From positions 7,459 to 71,458 of the forward strand of contig CAVLAA010000002.1 in the NCBI GenBank assembly GCA_963660835.1: a stretch of 64,000 nucleotides of DNA, given 5' to 3'. A program made the translations under genes and the position numbers. This document shows, in pieces, positions 1-11,209 of the stretch. The stretch is from a bacterium. GTDB taxonomy: Bacteria; Bacillota; Clostridia; Lachnospirales; Lachnospiraceae. The notes beneath the pieces are model-generated. The model was not told where the DNA came from. It searched no databases and was given only the letters and a program-made list of their open reading frames with translations. Numbering within the stretch: the first letter of the stretch is position 1; every line of letters starts with the position of its first letter.

Positions 1-474
1 AGCAAGTGTTGTGACCAATGGATTTGCATGTCCGTCTGTAGGACACCAGCTGGCACCGATGACCTCATCCGAAAGATAAGGATTTATCTTCTTTACCTCT
101 TCTGCATCTATCATCCTTACATCAAGTCCGCATGCTGCGGCTCGATCTGTCAGACCCTGAAGTATTTCAAGATGCTTCTGTGTTTTTCCAAGCCTGAGAT
201 TGCCTTCCTTATGATATTCACAATCAACACCAAGCTCATTTGATAAATTCGGCCAGAGATGTTCTATACCATACATTGCAAGCGGAAGCTCTCTTGGATC
301 TCGTCCTGACTGCCTGACACCGCCTCCGTTTCTTGAAGAAGCGCCGTTTCCGATATTGTCACTTGATTCCAGTACAATAACAGATTTTCCTCTTTTGCTA
401 AGATAGTAGCTGATCGCACATCCAATTACTCCGGCTCCAACAACAATGACATCTGCCTTATTCTGAGCAACCAT
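1..474 (-). CDS. FAD-dependent oxidoreductase (DAO / sarcosine-oxidase-beta-like subunit), N-terminal part only; the C-terminus lies beyond the window start
   Basis: Own translation of the reverse strand from ATG at 474-472 gives MVAQNKADVIVVGAGVIGCAISYYLSKRGKSVIVLESS...GNGASSRNGGGVRQSGRD. This is a GxGxxG FAD Rossmann N-terminus typical of DAO-family dehydrogenases. It is absent from the ORF track because it runs off the edge. Confidence 0.8.
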   Translation of the reverse strand, partial: MVAQNKADVIVVGAGVIGCAISYYLSKRGKSVIVLESSDNIGNGASSRNGGGVRQSGRDPRELPLAMYGIEHLWPNLSNELGVDCEYHKEGNLRLGKTQKHLEILQGLTDRAAACGLDVRMIDAEEVKKINPYLSDEVIGASWCPTDGHANPLVTTLA

Positions 475-477
475 ATA

Positions 478-798
478 TCAGCCCTCCTCTTTACCTAAAA
501 CTTTCATTTCAATAGGACGCATAGGTGATCTTGACGTAGCAGGTTCAAGCTCTGATGGAGATATTTTCAATTCACGGGCTACGATCCCTTTTACAAGCTT
601 TCCACAGGTCTGTCCCTGGCAAAGCCCCATTCCGGGCCTTAAAAATCTCCTTATTTCTGTCATAGTCCACATGCCATCATGAACTGCTCTCCTGATCTCG
701 CCCTTTGTAATCTCCTCACATCTGCAGATAAGCATGTCATCGTCAGGCTGCGGAACAAATTCTCCTATATCCTTAGAACGGTCTACTATAGAATTCAT
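478..798 (-). CDS. Small BFD-like [2Fe-2S]-binding subunit
   Basis: Cys pattern CRCEEIT...GLCQGQTCG is typical of BFD-like 2Fe-2S domains. I prefer the ATG at 798, which has GGAGGTG upstream and an ATGA overlap with the stop of the preceding gene, over the track start at 816. Confidence 0.7.
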   Translation of the reverse strand: MNSIVDRSKDIGEFVPQPDDDMLICRCEEITKGEIRRAVHDGMWTMTEIRRFLRPGMGLCQGQTCGKLVKGIVARELKISPSELEPATSRSPMRPIEMKVLGKEEG

Positions 799-2387
799 GC
801 GCTCACCTCCTGACATGGTTTGAAAAACCTTACCTTCATAGCATTTTCTTTTTCTACTTTAATTGTAAGAAGATTAGTATTGTCAAAGGCTTTCATTGAT
901 TTAACATCTACAACCTCTGCCGGACAGATCTCCTGCCCATTTCTGCTAAGTCCTATTCCGCTTGAGCCAACCTTTGGAAGCGGAAGAAATTCATATGGTA
1001 TAGTGATCTGAGCACTTCCGTCGCCGCAATCTTCATTTATCAAAAATATAGCCTGTCCGGAACAGCTTGCTACGCACATTCCGCAGTTTATGCATGATTT
1101 GCTTTCGTTAACAAAAGGAAGATTTGTGATATTAGATCCTGTCGAAATGCATCCCTTAGGACAAGCATCCTGACATGGATTACACGGAATATTCTGCGTG
1201 CACTCAAGGACCGGATGAACACCTGCTTTATGGATAACTCCCGGGAAACGTTCTATTTCCTCATCTGTTACAAAGCCTTTTTCCAAGAGGTTTTCTGAAA
1301 TATAGATTCCTTCATCTGTTTTTTCGATTTTCTTTCCCTTTTTGCCGGGTGCGAACATTCCCTGACGCAGGCTCCAGAGATCATGGTTCAAAACAGCAAG
1401 TGATGAATCCATTTCCTCCTTTGAAATATATCCCAGGTATTCGCTTACACAAACACCTGCCATCCTGCCTTCTATCATGGCTGAGGATGCTTCTTCAATT
1501 CCTGCAACATCACCTACTGCAAATACTCCGTCTAATGAAGTTTGTCCGTATTCATCAACGATCGGTACCTGACCTCCTCGTTTCGGATTGTCCTCCATAG
1601 CACATCCTGCCATTTTCAAAAGCTGTGACATTGGTGATAAGCCTACTGCCAAGCATATCGTATCTACATCAAAATATTTTTCGGTTCCTTCTACAGGCTG
1701 AAAATGATTATCCACCTGGCTTATTGTTACGCCTGTAACACGATCATCTCCATGTGCCTTTGTGATTGTATGCGAAAGATAAAACGGAACTCCGCATCTT
1801 GCGACCTTTGAAGCATGGACGCCATAGCCTCCTACTCTTGGTGCTGCATCAACCAAAGCTACAACCTCACACCCTGCCTGAAGCAGCTGAAATGAAACTA
1901 CTAATCCAACATTTCCGCTTCCAAGCATCAATATTTTCTTTCCAGGCTGTATACCATGAAGGTTCATCATTGTCTGAGCAGCACCTGCTCCTATAACACC
2001 CGGAAGTGTCCATCCGGGAAATGTAACCATATTTTCTGCTGCACCTGTAGCAACAATAATGGTATCTCCTTTATAATGTCTTACTGCATCATTTATTCTT
2101 ACTGTTACTTCTTTATCGCCATAGAGACCTATAACTGTCGCATTTAACACGACCTCTACGCCGGCTTCATCTGCTTCCTTCAGCAATTCCTGACCTATTT
2201 TGTAGCCTCTTATTTTTGCATGATGCTCTTTAGAACCGAAGAATTTATGGATCTGCTTAAAAAGCTGACCGCCGGGTTTTTCATTTTCGTCAAATACGAT
2301 AACACTCAGCCCTCTTTTTGCTGCCTCTATAGCTGCTGATAATCCAGAAGGTCCGGCACCTATTATCAATACCTCATATCGTTTCAT
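795..2387 (-). CDS. NAD(P)/FAD-dependent oxidoreductase, alpha-like subunit with a C-terminal Cys-rich ferredoxin-like region
   Basis: MKRYEVLIIGAGPSGLSAAIEAAKRG is a dinucleotide fold and GSGNVGLVVSFQL is a second Rossmann motif. CINCGMCVASC is a 4Fe-4S motif, with an additional CNPCQDACPKGC cluster. The start was moved to MKRYEV. Confidence 0.85.
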   Translation of the reverse strand: MKRYEVLIIGAGPSGLSAAIEAAKRGLSVIVFDENEKPGGQLFKQIHKFFGSKEHHAKIRGYKIGQELLKEADEAGVEVVLNATVIGLYGDKEVTVRINDAVRHYKGDTIIVATGAAENMVTFPGWTLPGVIGAGAAQTMMNLHGIQPGKKILMLGSGNVGLVVSFQLLQAGCEVVALVDAAPRVGGYGVHASKVARCGVPFYLSHTITKAHGDDRVTGVTISQVDNHFQPVEGTEKYFDVDTICLAVGLSPMSQLLKMAGCAMEDNPKRGGQVPIVDEYGQTSLDGVFAVGDVAGIEEASSAMIEGRMAGVCVSEYLGYISKEEMDSSLAVLNHDLWSLRQGMFAPGKKGKKIEKTDEGIYISENLLEKGFVTDEEIERFPGVIHKAGVHPVLECTQNIPCNPCQDACPKGCISTGSNITNLPFVNESKSCINCGMCVASCSGQAIFLINEDCGDGSAQITIPYEFLPLPKVGSSGIGLSRNGQEICPAEVVDVKSMKAFDNTNLLTIKVEKENAMKVRFFKPCQEVSA

Positions 2388-2415
2388 ACCTTCACTTTCC
2401 TCTCTCAACATGCTT

Positions 2416-2730
2416 TTAATTATTTAAAGCAGTTACGCCGTCCTGCGTTTGTACCACCATGCCCTCTTCAAGTCCTGTAATGCAGGTTCTTATATTTGGC
2501 CTTCCATTGACAACCATTACACAATCAGTGCATCTTCCGATCGCACAAAACAGGCCTCGAGGCTTATGTTCTTTTTTTGTATATCTGTGGATCATCACAC
2601 CGTTTGCCTTAAGTGCAACTGCAATCGGTTCTCCTTCGCAGCCTTCCATTTTCTTTCCATCAAATAAAAAGGTTACCTTCCTGCCTTTTTTTGTTTCACC
2701 CAGAACAGGATGTACGGCTATTCTACCCAT
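2416..2730 (-). CDS. Small (2Fe-2S)-binding subunit (HcnA / SoxA-N-terminal-like)
   Basis: 104 aa with FCAIGRCTDCVMVVNGRPNIRTC, the Cys pattern of the small iron-sulfur subunits that accompany opine/proline/HCN-type flavoenzymes. GGAGG RBS. Confidence 0.7.
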   Translation of the reverse strand: MGRIAVHPVLGETKKGRKVTFLFDGKKMEGCEGEPIAVALKANGVMIHRYTKKEHKPRGLFCAIGRCTDCVMVVNGRPNIRTCITGLEEGMVVQTQDGVTALNN

Positions 2731-2747
2731 CTTCCGCCTCCGAATCT

Positions 2748-3146
2748 TTATTTTCCTGAGCCGATCATTGCTTCCATTTCTATCTCTACGAACTGTGTAG
2801 GTCTGTTAAGTCTTGTGATCTCAACCATTGTATTTAAAGGCTTGATATCATGGAAAAATTCTGAATAAGCCTCGCAAATACGTCCTCCCTGTGTGATATC
2901 GGTTGTATAAATAAAAATACTGAATACATCTTCTTTAGTAGCTCCGGCTTTTTCCAAAAGCTTGATTTGTTTATCCAGTACATATTTTGTCTGCTCATAA
3001 CCATCCTCACCATATACAGTTCCATCAGGCTGTACAGATGTAGTTCCGCCAATCTTTACATAAGGTCCGATCTTAACCATTCTTGAATATCCAACTTTTT
3101 CCTCTAAAGGTGCGCCTGAACTGAAGTTTTCTCTTTTTAATTCCAT
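2748..3146 (-). CDS. RidA/YjgF-family reactive-intermediate (imine) deaminase-like protein
   Basis: About 130 aa with a YjgF-like core (GPYVKIGGTTSV...VEIEMEAMI). The start was placed at MELKRE because GAGGAG lies 8 nt upstream. Confidence 0.8.
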   Translation of the reverse strand: MELKRENFSSGAPLEEKVGYSRMVKIGPYVKIGGTTSVQPDGTVYGEDGYEQTKYVLDKQIKLLEKAGATKEDVFSIFIYTTDITQGGRICEAYSEFFHDIKPLNTMVEITRLNRPTQFVEIEMEAMIGSGK

Positions 3147-3195
3147 AATTAAATTCTCCTCTCTTAACTGCAAAGCTGTCGAAAATTTTTTTAAT

Positions 3196-3234
3196 GAAAA
3201 AAGCGAAGGCGTCCAATTAATGAACGCCTTCGCT
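3196..3234 (-). terminator. Intrinsic-terminator-like hairpin in the ridA/lysR divergent region (orphan)
   Basis: 11-bp perfect stem AGCGAAGGCGT / ACGCCTTCGCT with an 11-nt loop. On the reverse strand it is followed by TTTTTTCATT. Confidence 0.5.
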
Positions 3235-3331
3235 CTTTCCTTATTTCTTATGCGGACAATATATCACATGTAAATATATATGAAAAACAGAGAATATATT
3301 TGTCACTTCAACCAAAAAGTTGAAGTAAATT

Positions 3332-3359
3332 TTGACATTTTAATTTTTACCGCTATAAT
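3332..3359 (+). promoter_or_regulatory. Sigma-A-type promoter of the LysR regulator gene
   Basis: TTGACA-16 nt-TATAAT, about 80 nt upstream of the TTG start at 3439. Confidence 0.55.
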
Positions 3360-3438
3360 AGCAATATCAATAGCACTGATATTATATCAATTGTATATGT
3401 GTCCCTTAATCCGGTCATTCTTTTTTGAGGAGGTAAAA

Positions 3439-4332
3439 TTGAATCAAAGACAGCTTAAATATTTTTTGAAGGTATATAAGACGAGAAGCATTACGAAGGC
3501 TGCCAAAGAGCTTTTTATATCTCCTCAGGGATTAAGCAAGACTATAGCTTCTCTTGAAGATGAACTTGGTGTTCCTCTTTTTGATCATAAACACAACCGC
3601 ATTTCTCCTACCAAAAATGCAGTAAGACTCGTTGCTCACGCTAAAAATATCTTAGATGAATATGAGATCGTATCTAACAGGCTTTTCACATCTAACAATC
3701 CTATTAAAACTCTTGTTATACGATGTTCCTACGATATTCCTCAGCTTATCCCGGCTGATTTCTTTTATAAATTTCATAATGAAAATCCCGAAATCAGGAT
3801 TAAGCTTGTCGAATATCCGGATAATGAAATTATATCTTCTTTGGAAAACGGAAATATTGAACTGGCTATAATCCCGGGACCATTTAATACCGAAAAAATG
3901 GACTTCGACCTGATATGTACAGAGCCATTTTGCTTAGTTATAAATAAAGACCATCCTCTTGCCAAAAATAAATATATAAGCATTGAACAATTGGCAAATG
4001 AACCACTCGTTATTAAAGATATTTCTACGCCTACAAGCCTCAGCCAGATGCAGGACTTCCTTCGGGCCGGAGCGCAAACAAATATCATCCTGGAAGTATC
4101 AGATACTCACCTGATCCATCAAATGGCTGAGAATAATTATGCTATAGGTATGTCTCTGCTTTATCTTGCAAAAAAGATCCGTTCAGAGAAAATCAGAATA
4201 TTATATTTTGAAAAGAATACAATGACCAAAAACATCTTTTTAACACGCAATAAAGGAACCTGCCTGAGTTATGAGGCTGATGTTTTTAGAAATGCTCTTC
4301 TGGATTATTTTTCAAGCTTCTGTCCGGAATAA
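3439..4332 (+). CDS. LysR-family transcriptional regulator
   Basis: N-terminal HTH LNQRQLKYFLKVYKTRSITKAAKELFISPQGLSKTIASLEDELGVPLF followed by a substrate-binding domain. TTG start at 3439 has a GAGGAGG RBS. The track start at 3280 lies upstream of the predicted promoter. Confidence 0.85.
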   Translation: MNQRQLKYFLKVYKTRSITKAAKELFISPQGLSKTIASLEDELGVPLFDHKHNRISPTKNAVRLVAHAKNILDEYEIVSNRLFTSNNPIKTLVIRCSYDIPQLIPADFFYKFHNENPEIRIKLVEYPDNEIISSLENGNIELAIIPGPFNTEKMDFDLICTEPFCLVINKDHPLAKNKYISIEQLANEPLVIKDISTPTSLSQMQDFLRAGAQTNIILEVSDTHLIHQMAENNYAIGMSLLYLAKKIRSEKIRILYFEKNTMTKNIFLTRNKGTCLSYEADVFRNALLDYFSSFCPE

Positions 4333-4362
4333 GCTTTTTGCTGCATTATATTTCAACCAATT

Positions 4363-4392
4363 AAAAACCCCGGAAACATTACGTTTCCGGGG
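4363..4392 (-). terminator. Intrinsic terminator downstream of tuf (also faces lysR)
   Basis: Stem CCCCGGAAAC / GTTTCCGGGG with a 5-nt loop and a T-run on the reverse strand. Confidence 0.8.
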
Positions 4393-4458
4393 TATATCTC
4401 GTTTGGACACAATGTTATCTTACGATAACCATATATAATTTTATCTACTGATCAGTGA

Positions 4459-5646
4459 TTACTCGATGATTGTAGCAACACGGCCTGATCCTACAGTACG
4501 TCCACCTTCACGGATAGCGAAAGTAAGACCCTGCTCCATAGCGATTGGATGGATAAGCTCGATTGACATCTCTACGTTATCACCAGGCATGCACATCTCT
4601 GTTCCTTCTGGAAGGTTGATAACACCTGTAACGTCAGTTGTTCTGAAATAGAACTGAGGTCTGTAGTTGTTGAAGAAAGGAGTATGACGTCCACCTTCAT
4701 CTTTTGTTAAAACGTAAACCTGAGCTGTAAATTTCTTGTGGCATGTAACTGTTCCTGGTTTAGCAAGAACCTGTCCTCTTTCGATTTCAGTTCTCTGAAC
4801 ACCACGAAGAAGTGCTCCGATGTTATCACCAGCCTGAGCTTCATCAAGAAGTTTACGGAACATCTCGATACCAGTTACAACTGTGCTCTTTGTCTCTTCC
4901 TTGATACCAACGATTTCAACAGGCTCGTTGAGGTGAAGAACACCACGCTCTACTCTACCAGTTGCAACAGTACCACGTCCTGTGATTGTGAATACGTCCT
5001 CTACAGGCATAAGGAATGGCTTGTCTGTATCACGCTGTGGATCCGGGATATACTCATCAACAGTATCCATAAGCTCCATGATCTTGTCGCCCCACTCTGA
5101 GTTAGGATCCTCAAGAGCTTTAAGAGCTGAACCTCTGATGATTGGGCAATCATTGAAATCATACTCTTCAAGCTGCTCTGTGATCTCCATCTCAACGAGC
5201 TCAAGAAGCTCTTCGTCATCAACCATATCACACTTGTTCATGAATACAACGATGTAAGGAACACCTACCTGACGTGAAAGAAGGATATGCTCTTTTGTCT
5301 GAGCCATAACACCGTCAGTAGCAGCAACAACAAGGATAGCACCGTCCATCTGAGCTGCACCTGTGATCATGTTCTTAACGTAGTCAGCATGTCCTGGGCA
5401 GTCAACGTGAGCATAGTGTCTCTTTGATGTCTGATACTCTACGTGAGCTGTAGAAATTGTGATACCACGCTCTCTTTCTTCTGGAGCTTTATCGATATTC
5501 TCAAAGTCTACCTTTGCGTTTCCTGGAACTCTCTCAGCAAGAACTTTTGTGATAGCTGCTGTAAGAGTTGTTTTACCGTGGTCAACGTGTCCGATAGTAC
5601 CAATGTTACAATGCGGTTTGCTTCTGTCAAACTTTTCTTTTGCCAT
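4459..5646 (-). CDS. tuf: Elongation factor Tu
   Basis: [33 protein letters not shown]...; full-length EF-Tu; AGGAGG RBS upstream of the MAKEKF start. Confidence 0.97.
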   Translation of the reverse strand: MAKEKFDRSKPHCNIGTIGHVDHGKTTLTAAITKVLAERVPGNAKVDFENIDKAPEERERGITISTAHVEYQTSKRHYAHVDCPGHADYVKNMITGAAQMDGAILVVAATDGVMAQTKEHILLSRQVGVPYIVVFMNKCDMVDDEELLELVEMEITEQLEEYDFNDCPIIRGSALKALEDPNSEWGDKIMELMDTVDEYIPDPQRDTDKPFLMPVEDVFTITGRGTVATGRVERGVLHLNEPVEIVGIKEETKSTVVTGIEMFRKLLDEAQAGDNIGALLRGVQRTEIERGQVLAKPGTVTCHKKFTAQVYVLTKDEGGRHTPFFNNYRPQFYFRTTDVTGVINLPEGTEMCMPGDNVEMSIELIHPIAMEQGLTFAIREGGRTVGSGRVATIIE

Positions 5647-5748
5647 TTTTTTTAAATCCTCCTTAAGAAGTACATCTTTGGTCTTCAATTAAACTTTATG
5701 CAAAACTTAATGAAATTATATTGTATTTTTTCTACTTATGCAAGTAAA

Positions 5749-7863
5749 TTATGCTTTATCTTTAAGCACTTTCTCCTGTACAGACTTCGGTACCGGCTCA
5801 TATTTCTCGAAGAACATTGAGTAGTTACCACGTCCCTGAGTTCTTGATCTAAGGTCTGTTGCATATCCGAACATTTCTGAAAGCGGAACATATCCTTTGA
5901 TCATCTTGCCACCGCCGACATCTTCCATGCCTTCGATACGACCACGTCTTGAGTTGATATCACCGATAACATCACCCATGTAATCCTCAGGTGTCGATAC
6001 CTCAACCTTCATGATAGGCTCAAGAAGTACCGGTGAAGCCTTCTGCATAGCTTCCTTGAAAGCAAGAGATCCTGCAATGTGGAATGCCATTTCTGATGAA
6101 TCGACTTCATGGTATGATCCGTCATATACGTTAGCGTAAACACCAACAACAGGGAATCCGCCAAGAATTCCGGCCTTCATTGCATCCTCAATACCTTCTC
6201 CAACAGCCGGGATATATTCCTTAGGAATAGCACCACCGACAACTGTTGATTCAAACTTGTAAGTCTCTTCTGAGTTTGCATCCATTGGCTCAAATTTAAC
6301 TTTACAATGTCCGTACTGTCCACGTCCACCTGACTGCTTAGCATACTTGCTGTCAACATCAGCCGGCTTTGTGATCGTCTCTTTATAAGCAACCTGCGGA
6401 GCACCAACATTTGCTTCTACATGGAACTCACGAAGAAGTCTGTCAACAATGATCTCAAGGTGAAGCTCACCCATACCTGCGATGATTGTCTGTCCGGTCT
6501 CCTGGTTTGTATGTGCTCTAAATGTAGGATCTTCTTCAGCAAGCTTAGCAAGTGCCTCACCAAGTTTGCCCTGTCCTGCTTTAGTCTTAGGCTCGATTGC
6601 AAGCTCGATAACCGGCTCCGGGAACTCCATAGACTCAAGGATAACCGGTGCCTGCTCATCACAGATTGTATCACCTGTTGTAGAGAACTTGAATCCTATC
6701 GCAGCTGCGATATCACCTGAATATACTTTATCAAGCTCCATACGCTTATTAGCATGCATCTGAAGGATACGTCCTACACGCTCTTTTTTGCCCTTTGTTG
6801 CATTGAGAACGTATGAACCTGAATTCATTGTTCCGGAGTAAACTCTGAAATATGCAAGCTTTCCAACGAATGGGTCTGTCATGATCTTGAAAACTAGAGC
6901 TGAGAAAGGCTCTTCGTCTGATGAATGACGAACGATTTCATTTCCATCCATATCAACACCGTCGATAGGCGGGATGTCTGTAGGTGCAGGCATATATTCA
7001 AGAATAGCATCAAGAAGCTTCTGTACACCTTTGTTTCTGTATGCAGATCCGCAGCATACAGGAATAGCTGTACATTCACATGTTGCTTTTCTTAAAGCTG
7101 CTTTCATCTCATCAACAGACGGAATATCATCTTCAAGATATCTCATCATAAGATCATCATCTAACTCACAGATCTTCTCAATAAGCTCTGAATGATATAA
7201 TTCTGCATCATCAGCCATATCCTCAGGGATATCTGTGATCTGAATGTCCTCGCCCTTATCATCATTGTAGATATAAGCTTTCATCTCGAAAAGATCGATG
7301 ATTCCCTTGAAGGTATCTTCTTTTCCGATAGGAAGCTGAAGAACGATTGCATTCTTTCCAAGTCTTGTCTTTATCTGCTCTACTGCACCGTAGAAATCTG
7401 CGCCAAGGATATCCATCTTGTTGATGAATGCCATACGAGGTACATTGTATGTATCAGCCTGACGCCATACGTTTTCTGACTGTGGCTCAACACCGCCCTT
7501 AGCACAGAAAACACCAACAGCTCCATCAAGAACTCTAAGTGAACGCTCAACCTCAACTGTAAAGTCAACGTGTCCTGGTGTATCGATGATATTGATACGA
7601 TGCTCCTGGGCACCCTTCTTAGGCTTAGCATTCTCCTGAAGAGTCCAATGACAGGTTGTAGCTGCAGAAGTGATTGTTATACCTCTCTCCTGCTCCTGCT
7701 CCATCCAGTCCATTGTAGCTGTTCCTTCATGAGTATCACCAATTTTATAGTTTACACCGGTGTAGTACAGGATACGCTCGGTAAGAGTTGTTTTTCCGGC
7801 ATCAATATGTGCCATAATACCGATGTTTCTCGTACGCTCCAACGGATATTCTCTTCCAGCCAT
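5749..7863 (-). CDS. fusA: Elongation factor G
   Basis: [25 protein letters not shown], 704 aa, located between rpsG and tuf. Confidence 0.97.
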   Translation of the reverse strand: MAGREYPLERTRNIGIMAHIDAGKTTLTERILYYTGVNYKIGDTHEGTATMDWMEQEQERGITITSAATTCHWTLQENAKPKKGAQEHRINIIDTPGHVDFTVEVERSLRVLDGAVGVFCAKGGVEPQSENVWRQADTYNVPRMAFINKMDILGADFYGAVEQIKTRLGKNAIVLQLPIGKEDTFKGIIDLFEMKAYIYNDDKGEDIQITDIPEDMADDAELYHSELIEKICELDDDLMMRYLEDDIPSVDEMKAALRKATCECTAIPVCCGSAYRNKGVQKLLDAILEYMPAPTDIPPIDGVDMDGNEIVRHSSDEEPFSALVFKIMTDPFVGKLAYFRVYSGTMNSGSYVLNATKGKKERVGRILQMHANKRMELDKVYSGDIAAAIGFKFSTTGDTICDEQAPVILESMEFPEPVIELAIEPKTKAGQGKLGEALAKLAEEDPTFRAHTNQETGQTIIAGMGELHLEIIVDRLLREFHVEANVGAPQVAYKETITKPADVDSKYAKQSGGRGQYGHCKVKFEPMDANSEETYKFESTVVGGAIPKEYIPAVGEGIEDAMKAGILGGFPVVGVYANVYDGSYHEVDSSEMAFHIAGSLAFKEAMQKASPVLLEPIMKVEVSTPEDYMGDVIGDINSRRGRIEGMEDVGGGKMIKGYVPLSEMFGYATDLRSRTQGRGNYSMFFEKYEPVPKSVQEKVLKDKA

Positions 7864-7875
7864 TGGTGATCCTCC

Positions 7876-8394
<519 letters not shown>

Positions 8395-8528
8395 TTATGG
8401 TATCCGCATGTGTAGCGCCGGTATTTCCAGTTATGCCCTGGCAGCCGTTTTTCGGGCTCGGAATGTCCGATCTCAAACCATAATCTCGTGATACAAACAA
8501 ATGTCTAATCCAAGTTATTGACTGTTAA

Positions 8529-8942
8529 TTATTTTTTAGGTCTCTTTGCACCGTATTTAGAACGAGCCTGCTTACGGTTAGCAACTCCGGCTGTATCCAA
8601 TGTTCCACGGATGATGTGGTAACGGGTACCCGGAAGGTCCTTTACTCTTCCGCCTCTGATAAGAACAACGCTGTGCTCCTGAAGGTTATGTCCCTCACCT
8701 GGAATATAGCTTGTTACTTCTATACCGTTTGAAAGACGAACTCTGGCAATTTTACGAAGAGCTGAGTTAGGCTTCTTAGGTGTAGCTGTCTTAACAGCTG
8801 TGCAAACACCTCTCTTCTGCGGAGAAGAAAGATCTACGGATTTCTTCTTGAGAGAGTTGAAGCTTTTCTGTAAAGCCGGTGCTGTTGATTTGTCAACAGA
8901 TGTCTGACGGCCTTTACGTACTAACTGGTTAAATGTTGGCAT
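8529..8942 (-). CDS. rpsL: 30S ribosomal protein S12
   Basis: [13 protein letters not shown]...[10 protein letters not shown]...; 137 aa. Confidence 0.97.
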   Translation of the reverse strand: MPTFNQLVRKGRQTSVDKSTAPALQKSFNSLKKKSVDLSSPQKRGVCTAVKTATPKKPNSALRKIARVRLSNGIEVTSYIPGEGHNLQEHSVVLIRGGRVKDLPGTRYHIIRGTLDTAGVANRKQARSKYGAKRPKK

Positions 8943-9044
8943 TCCTTTTACCTCCTGTTTTTTGTACGGCTGCTCAAAAAATCTTTTTGAAATTTGTACA
9001 TTTTTTCAGCATAAATAAACTATGCCCACAAATGCACAAAGCGA

Positions 9045-9073
9045 ATTATATCGTTACTTTATTGAAAAGTCAA
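9045..9073 (-). promoter_or_regulatory. Sigma-A-type promoter of the str operon (rpsL-rpsG-fusA-tuf)
   Basis: The reverse strand reads TTGACT-17 nt-TATAAT, about 100 nt upstream of rpsL. Confidence 0.6.
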
Positions 9074-9148
9074 GCAATTCTTTACTACACTATTTCTTTC
9101 TGCTAAAATTCTGTTTGACCGAATCAAGGAACTCCCCTGTTTCAATTG

Positions 9149-9162
9149 CGAACATCTGTTTG
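9149..9162 (+). promoter_or_regulatory. Probable LexA (Cheo/SOS) box upstream of uvrB
   Basis: CGAACATCTGTTTG versus the Firmicute consensus CGAAC-N4-GTTCG (12 of 14), 64 nt upstream of the uvrB ATG. uvrB is a classical SOS gene. Confidence 0.6.
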
Positions 9163-9225
9163 ACTAAAACAGAAGCAGAAATCCGAGTTTCTTCTATATA
9201 ATATAACAACTACGGAGATGTTATC

Positions 9226-11199
9226 ATGGATCATTTTGAATTAGTTTCGGAATACAAGCCCACCGGCGATCAGCCTCAGGCAATCTCAAAGCTTGTAAAA
9301 GGATTTAAAGACGGCAATCAGTTTGAAACCCTCTTAGGCGTTACCGGTTCAGGCAAAACCTTTACAATGGCAAATGTAATCAAGGAATTAAATAAACCGA
9401 CGCTTATAATAGCTCACAATAAAACCCTTGCGGCGCAGCTTTACGGAGAATTCAAGGAATTTTTCCCCAATAATGCTGTAGAATACTTTGTTTCGTATTA
9501 TGACTATTATCAGCCTGAGGCATACGTTCCTTCATCTGATACATATATAGCAAAGGATTCCTCGGTTAATGATGAAATAGATAAATTGCGCCTTTCGGCA
9601 ACGTCTTCGCTTATCGAACGCAGGGATGTCATTGTGGTTTCAAGCGTGTCATGCATATACGGACTCGGCAGTCCTATGGATTATGAAAAAATGATATTAT
9701 CGGTGCGTCCCGGAATGATACGTGACAGAGACGAAATAATACGTGCTCTCATAGACATGCATTATGAAAGAAACGAAATCGATTTCAAGCGCGGAACATT
9801 TAGGGTTCACGGAGATGTGCTTGAGGTTATTCCCGCAGAGAAAAGCGACCTTGCTGTAAGGATTGAATTTTTCGGTGACGAGATTGACCGTGTAACCTCA
9901 ACCGATCCTCTTACAGGAGACATAAGAGAGGAGTTAAGCTATGCTGCCATAGCCCCTGCATCCCATTATGTAGTTCCGCCTGAAACAATAAAAAAAGCAG
10001 CCAATAATATAGAAATAGAACTTGCCGAGCAAATAAAATATTTTAAAAGTGAAGGAAAGCTTCTTGAAGCACAGCGTATAGAGGAGCGCACATCCTTTGA
10101 TGTTGAAATGCTAAGAGAAACCGGCTTTTGCTCCGGAATAGAAAATTATTCACGTCACCTTTCAGGACTGGAGCCGGGACATCCTCCTTATACTCTGATT
10201 GATTTCTTTCCAGATGACTTTTTGATAATTATCGACGAGTCTCACAAAACTGTTCCTCAAATCGGAGCAATGTATTCGGGTGACCATTCCCGAAAAACAA
10301 CTCTTGTAGATTATGGCTTTAGGCTTCCGTCGGCACTTGACAACAGGCCTCTTAATTTTGAAGAATTCGAAGATCGAATCGATCAGCTTCTTTTTGTGTC
10401 TGCAACTCCGGCTCAATACGAAGCCGATCATGAGCTGCTGCGTGCCGAACAGCTTATAAGGCCTACAGGCCTTTTGGACCCCAAAATAGATGTAAGGCCG
10501 GTAAAAGGTCAGATAGATGACCTTATTTCTGAAACAAGAAAGGAAGTTGCAGGCCATCACAAGGTTTTAATTACCACGCTTACCAAGCGAATGGCTGAGG
10601 ATCTTACTGATTACATGAATGAAGCCGGTCTCAAGGTTACATATCTTCATTCTGACATCGATGCTCTCGAGAGGACTAAAATAATAAGAGATCTAAGACT
10701 TGATGTATTTGATGTTTTAGTCGGAATCAACCTCTTAAGAGAGGGTCTTGACATTCCTGAAATAACTCTCGTTGCAATACTTGACGCAGATAAAGAAGGA
10801 TTTCTCCGTTCTGAAACCTCTCTAATACAGACTATTGGCCGTGCCGCTAGAAACAGCGAAGGGCACGTTATAATGTATGCGGATACTATAACCGACTCCA
10901 TGAAAAATGCCATCAATGAGACATCAAGGCGGCGTGCCCTGCAGGAAGCCTACAATAAGGAGCATGGCATAACCCCAACAACTATCCAAAAGGCCGTAAG
11001 AGATGTGATAAGCATAAGCAAAGAGGTTGCTCATGCGTCAAATTCACTCGAAAAGGATCCCGAATCCATGAGCCATAATGAAATAAAAAAGCTCATGCAG
11101 AGGCTCGAAAAGCAAATGCGAAAGGCTGCCGCCGATCTGAATTTCGAACTTGCTGCAGAGCTTCGTGATCAAATGATCGAATGCAAAAAGTATCTGTAA
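9226..11199 (+). CDS. uvrB: Excinuclease ABC subunit B
   Basis: [17 protein letters not shown]...[14 protein letters not shown], helicase motifs and a C-terminal UVR motif ([10 protein letters not shown]). Confidence 0.97.
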   Translation: MDHFELVSEYKPTGDQPQAISKLVKGFKDGNQFETLLGVTGSGKTFTMANVIKELNKPTLIIAHNKTLAAQLYGEFKEFFPNNAVEYFVSYYDYYQPEAYVPSSDTYIAKDSSVNDEIDKLRLSATSSLIERRDVIVVSSVSCIYGLGSPMDYEKMILSVRPGMIRDRDEIIRALIDMHYERNEIDFKRGTFRVHGDVLEVIPAEKSDLAVRIEFFGDEIDRVTSTDPLTGDIREELSYAAIAPASHYVVPPETIKKAANNIEIELAEQIKYFKSEGKLLEAQRIEERTSFDVEMLRETGFCSGIENYSRHLSGLEPGHPPYTLIDFFPDDFLIIIDESHKTVPQIGAMYSGDHSRKTTLVDYGFRLPSALDNRPLNFEEFEDRIDQLLFVSATPAQYEADHELLRAEQLIRPTGLLDPKIDVRPVKGQIDDLISETRKEVAGHHKVLITTLTKRMAEDLTDYMNEAGLKVTYLHSDIDALERTKIIRDLRLDVFDVLVGINLLREGLDIPEITLVAILDADKEGFLRSETSLIQTIGRAARNSEGHVIMYADTITDSMKNAINETSRRRALQEAYNKEHGITPTTIQKAVRDVISISKEVAHASNSLEKDPESMSHNEIKKLMQRLEKQMRKAAADLNFELAAELRDQMIECKKYL

Positions 11200-11209
11200 G
11201 CAATTTTGT

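Noticed and set aside
3280-3438. 53-codon N-terminal extension of the LysR regulator suggested by the ORF track
   Set aside because: A TTGACA-16-TATAAT promoter lies inside the extension (3332-3359). A GAGGAGG RBS sits just upstream of the TTG at 3439, where the LysR HTH begins.
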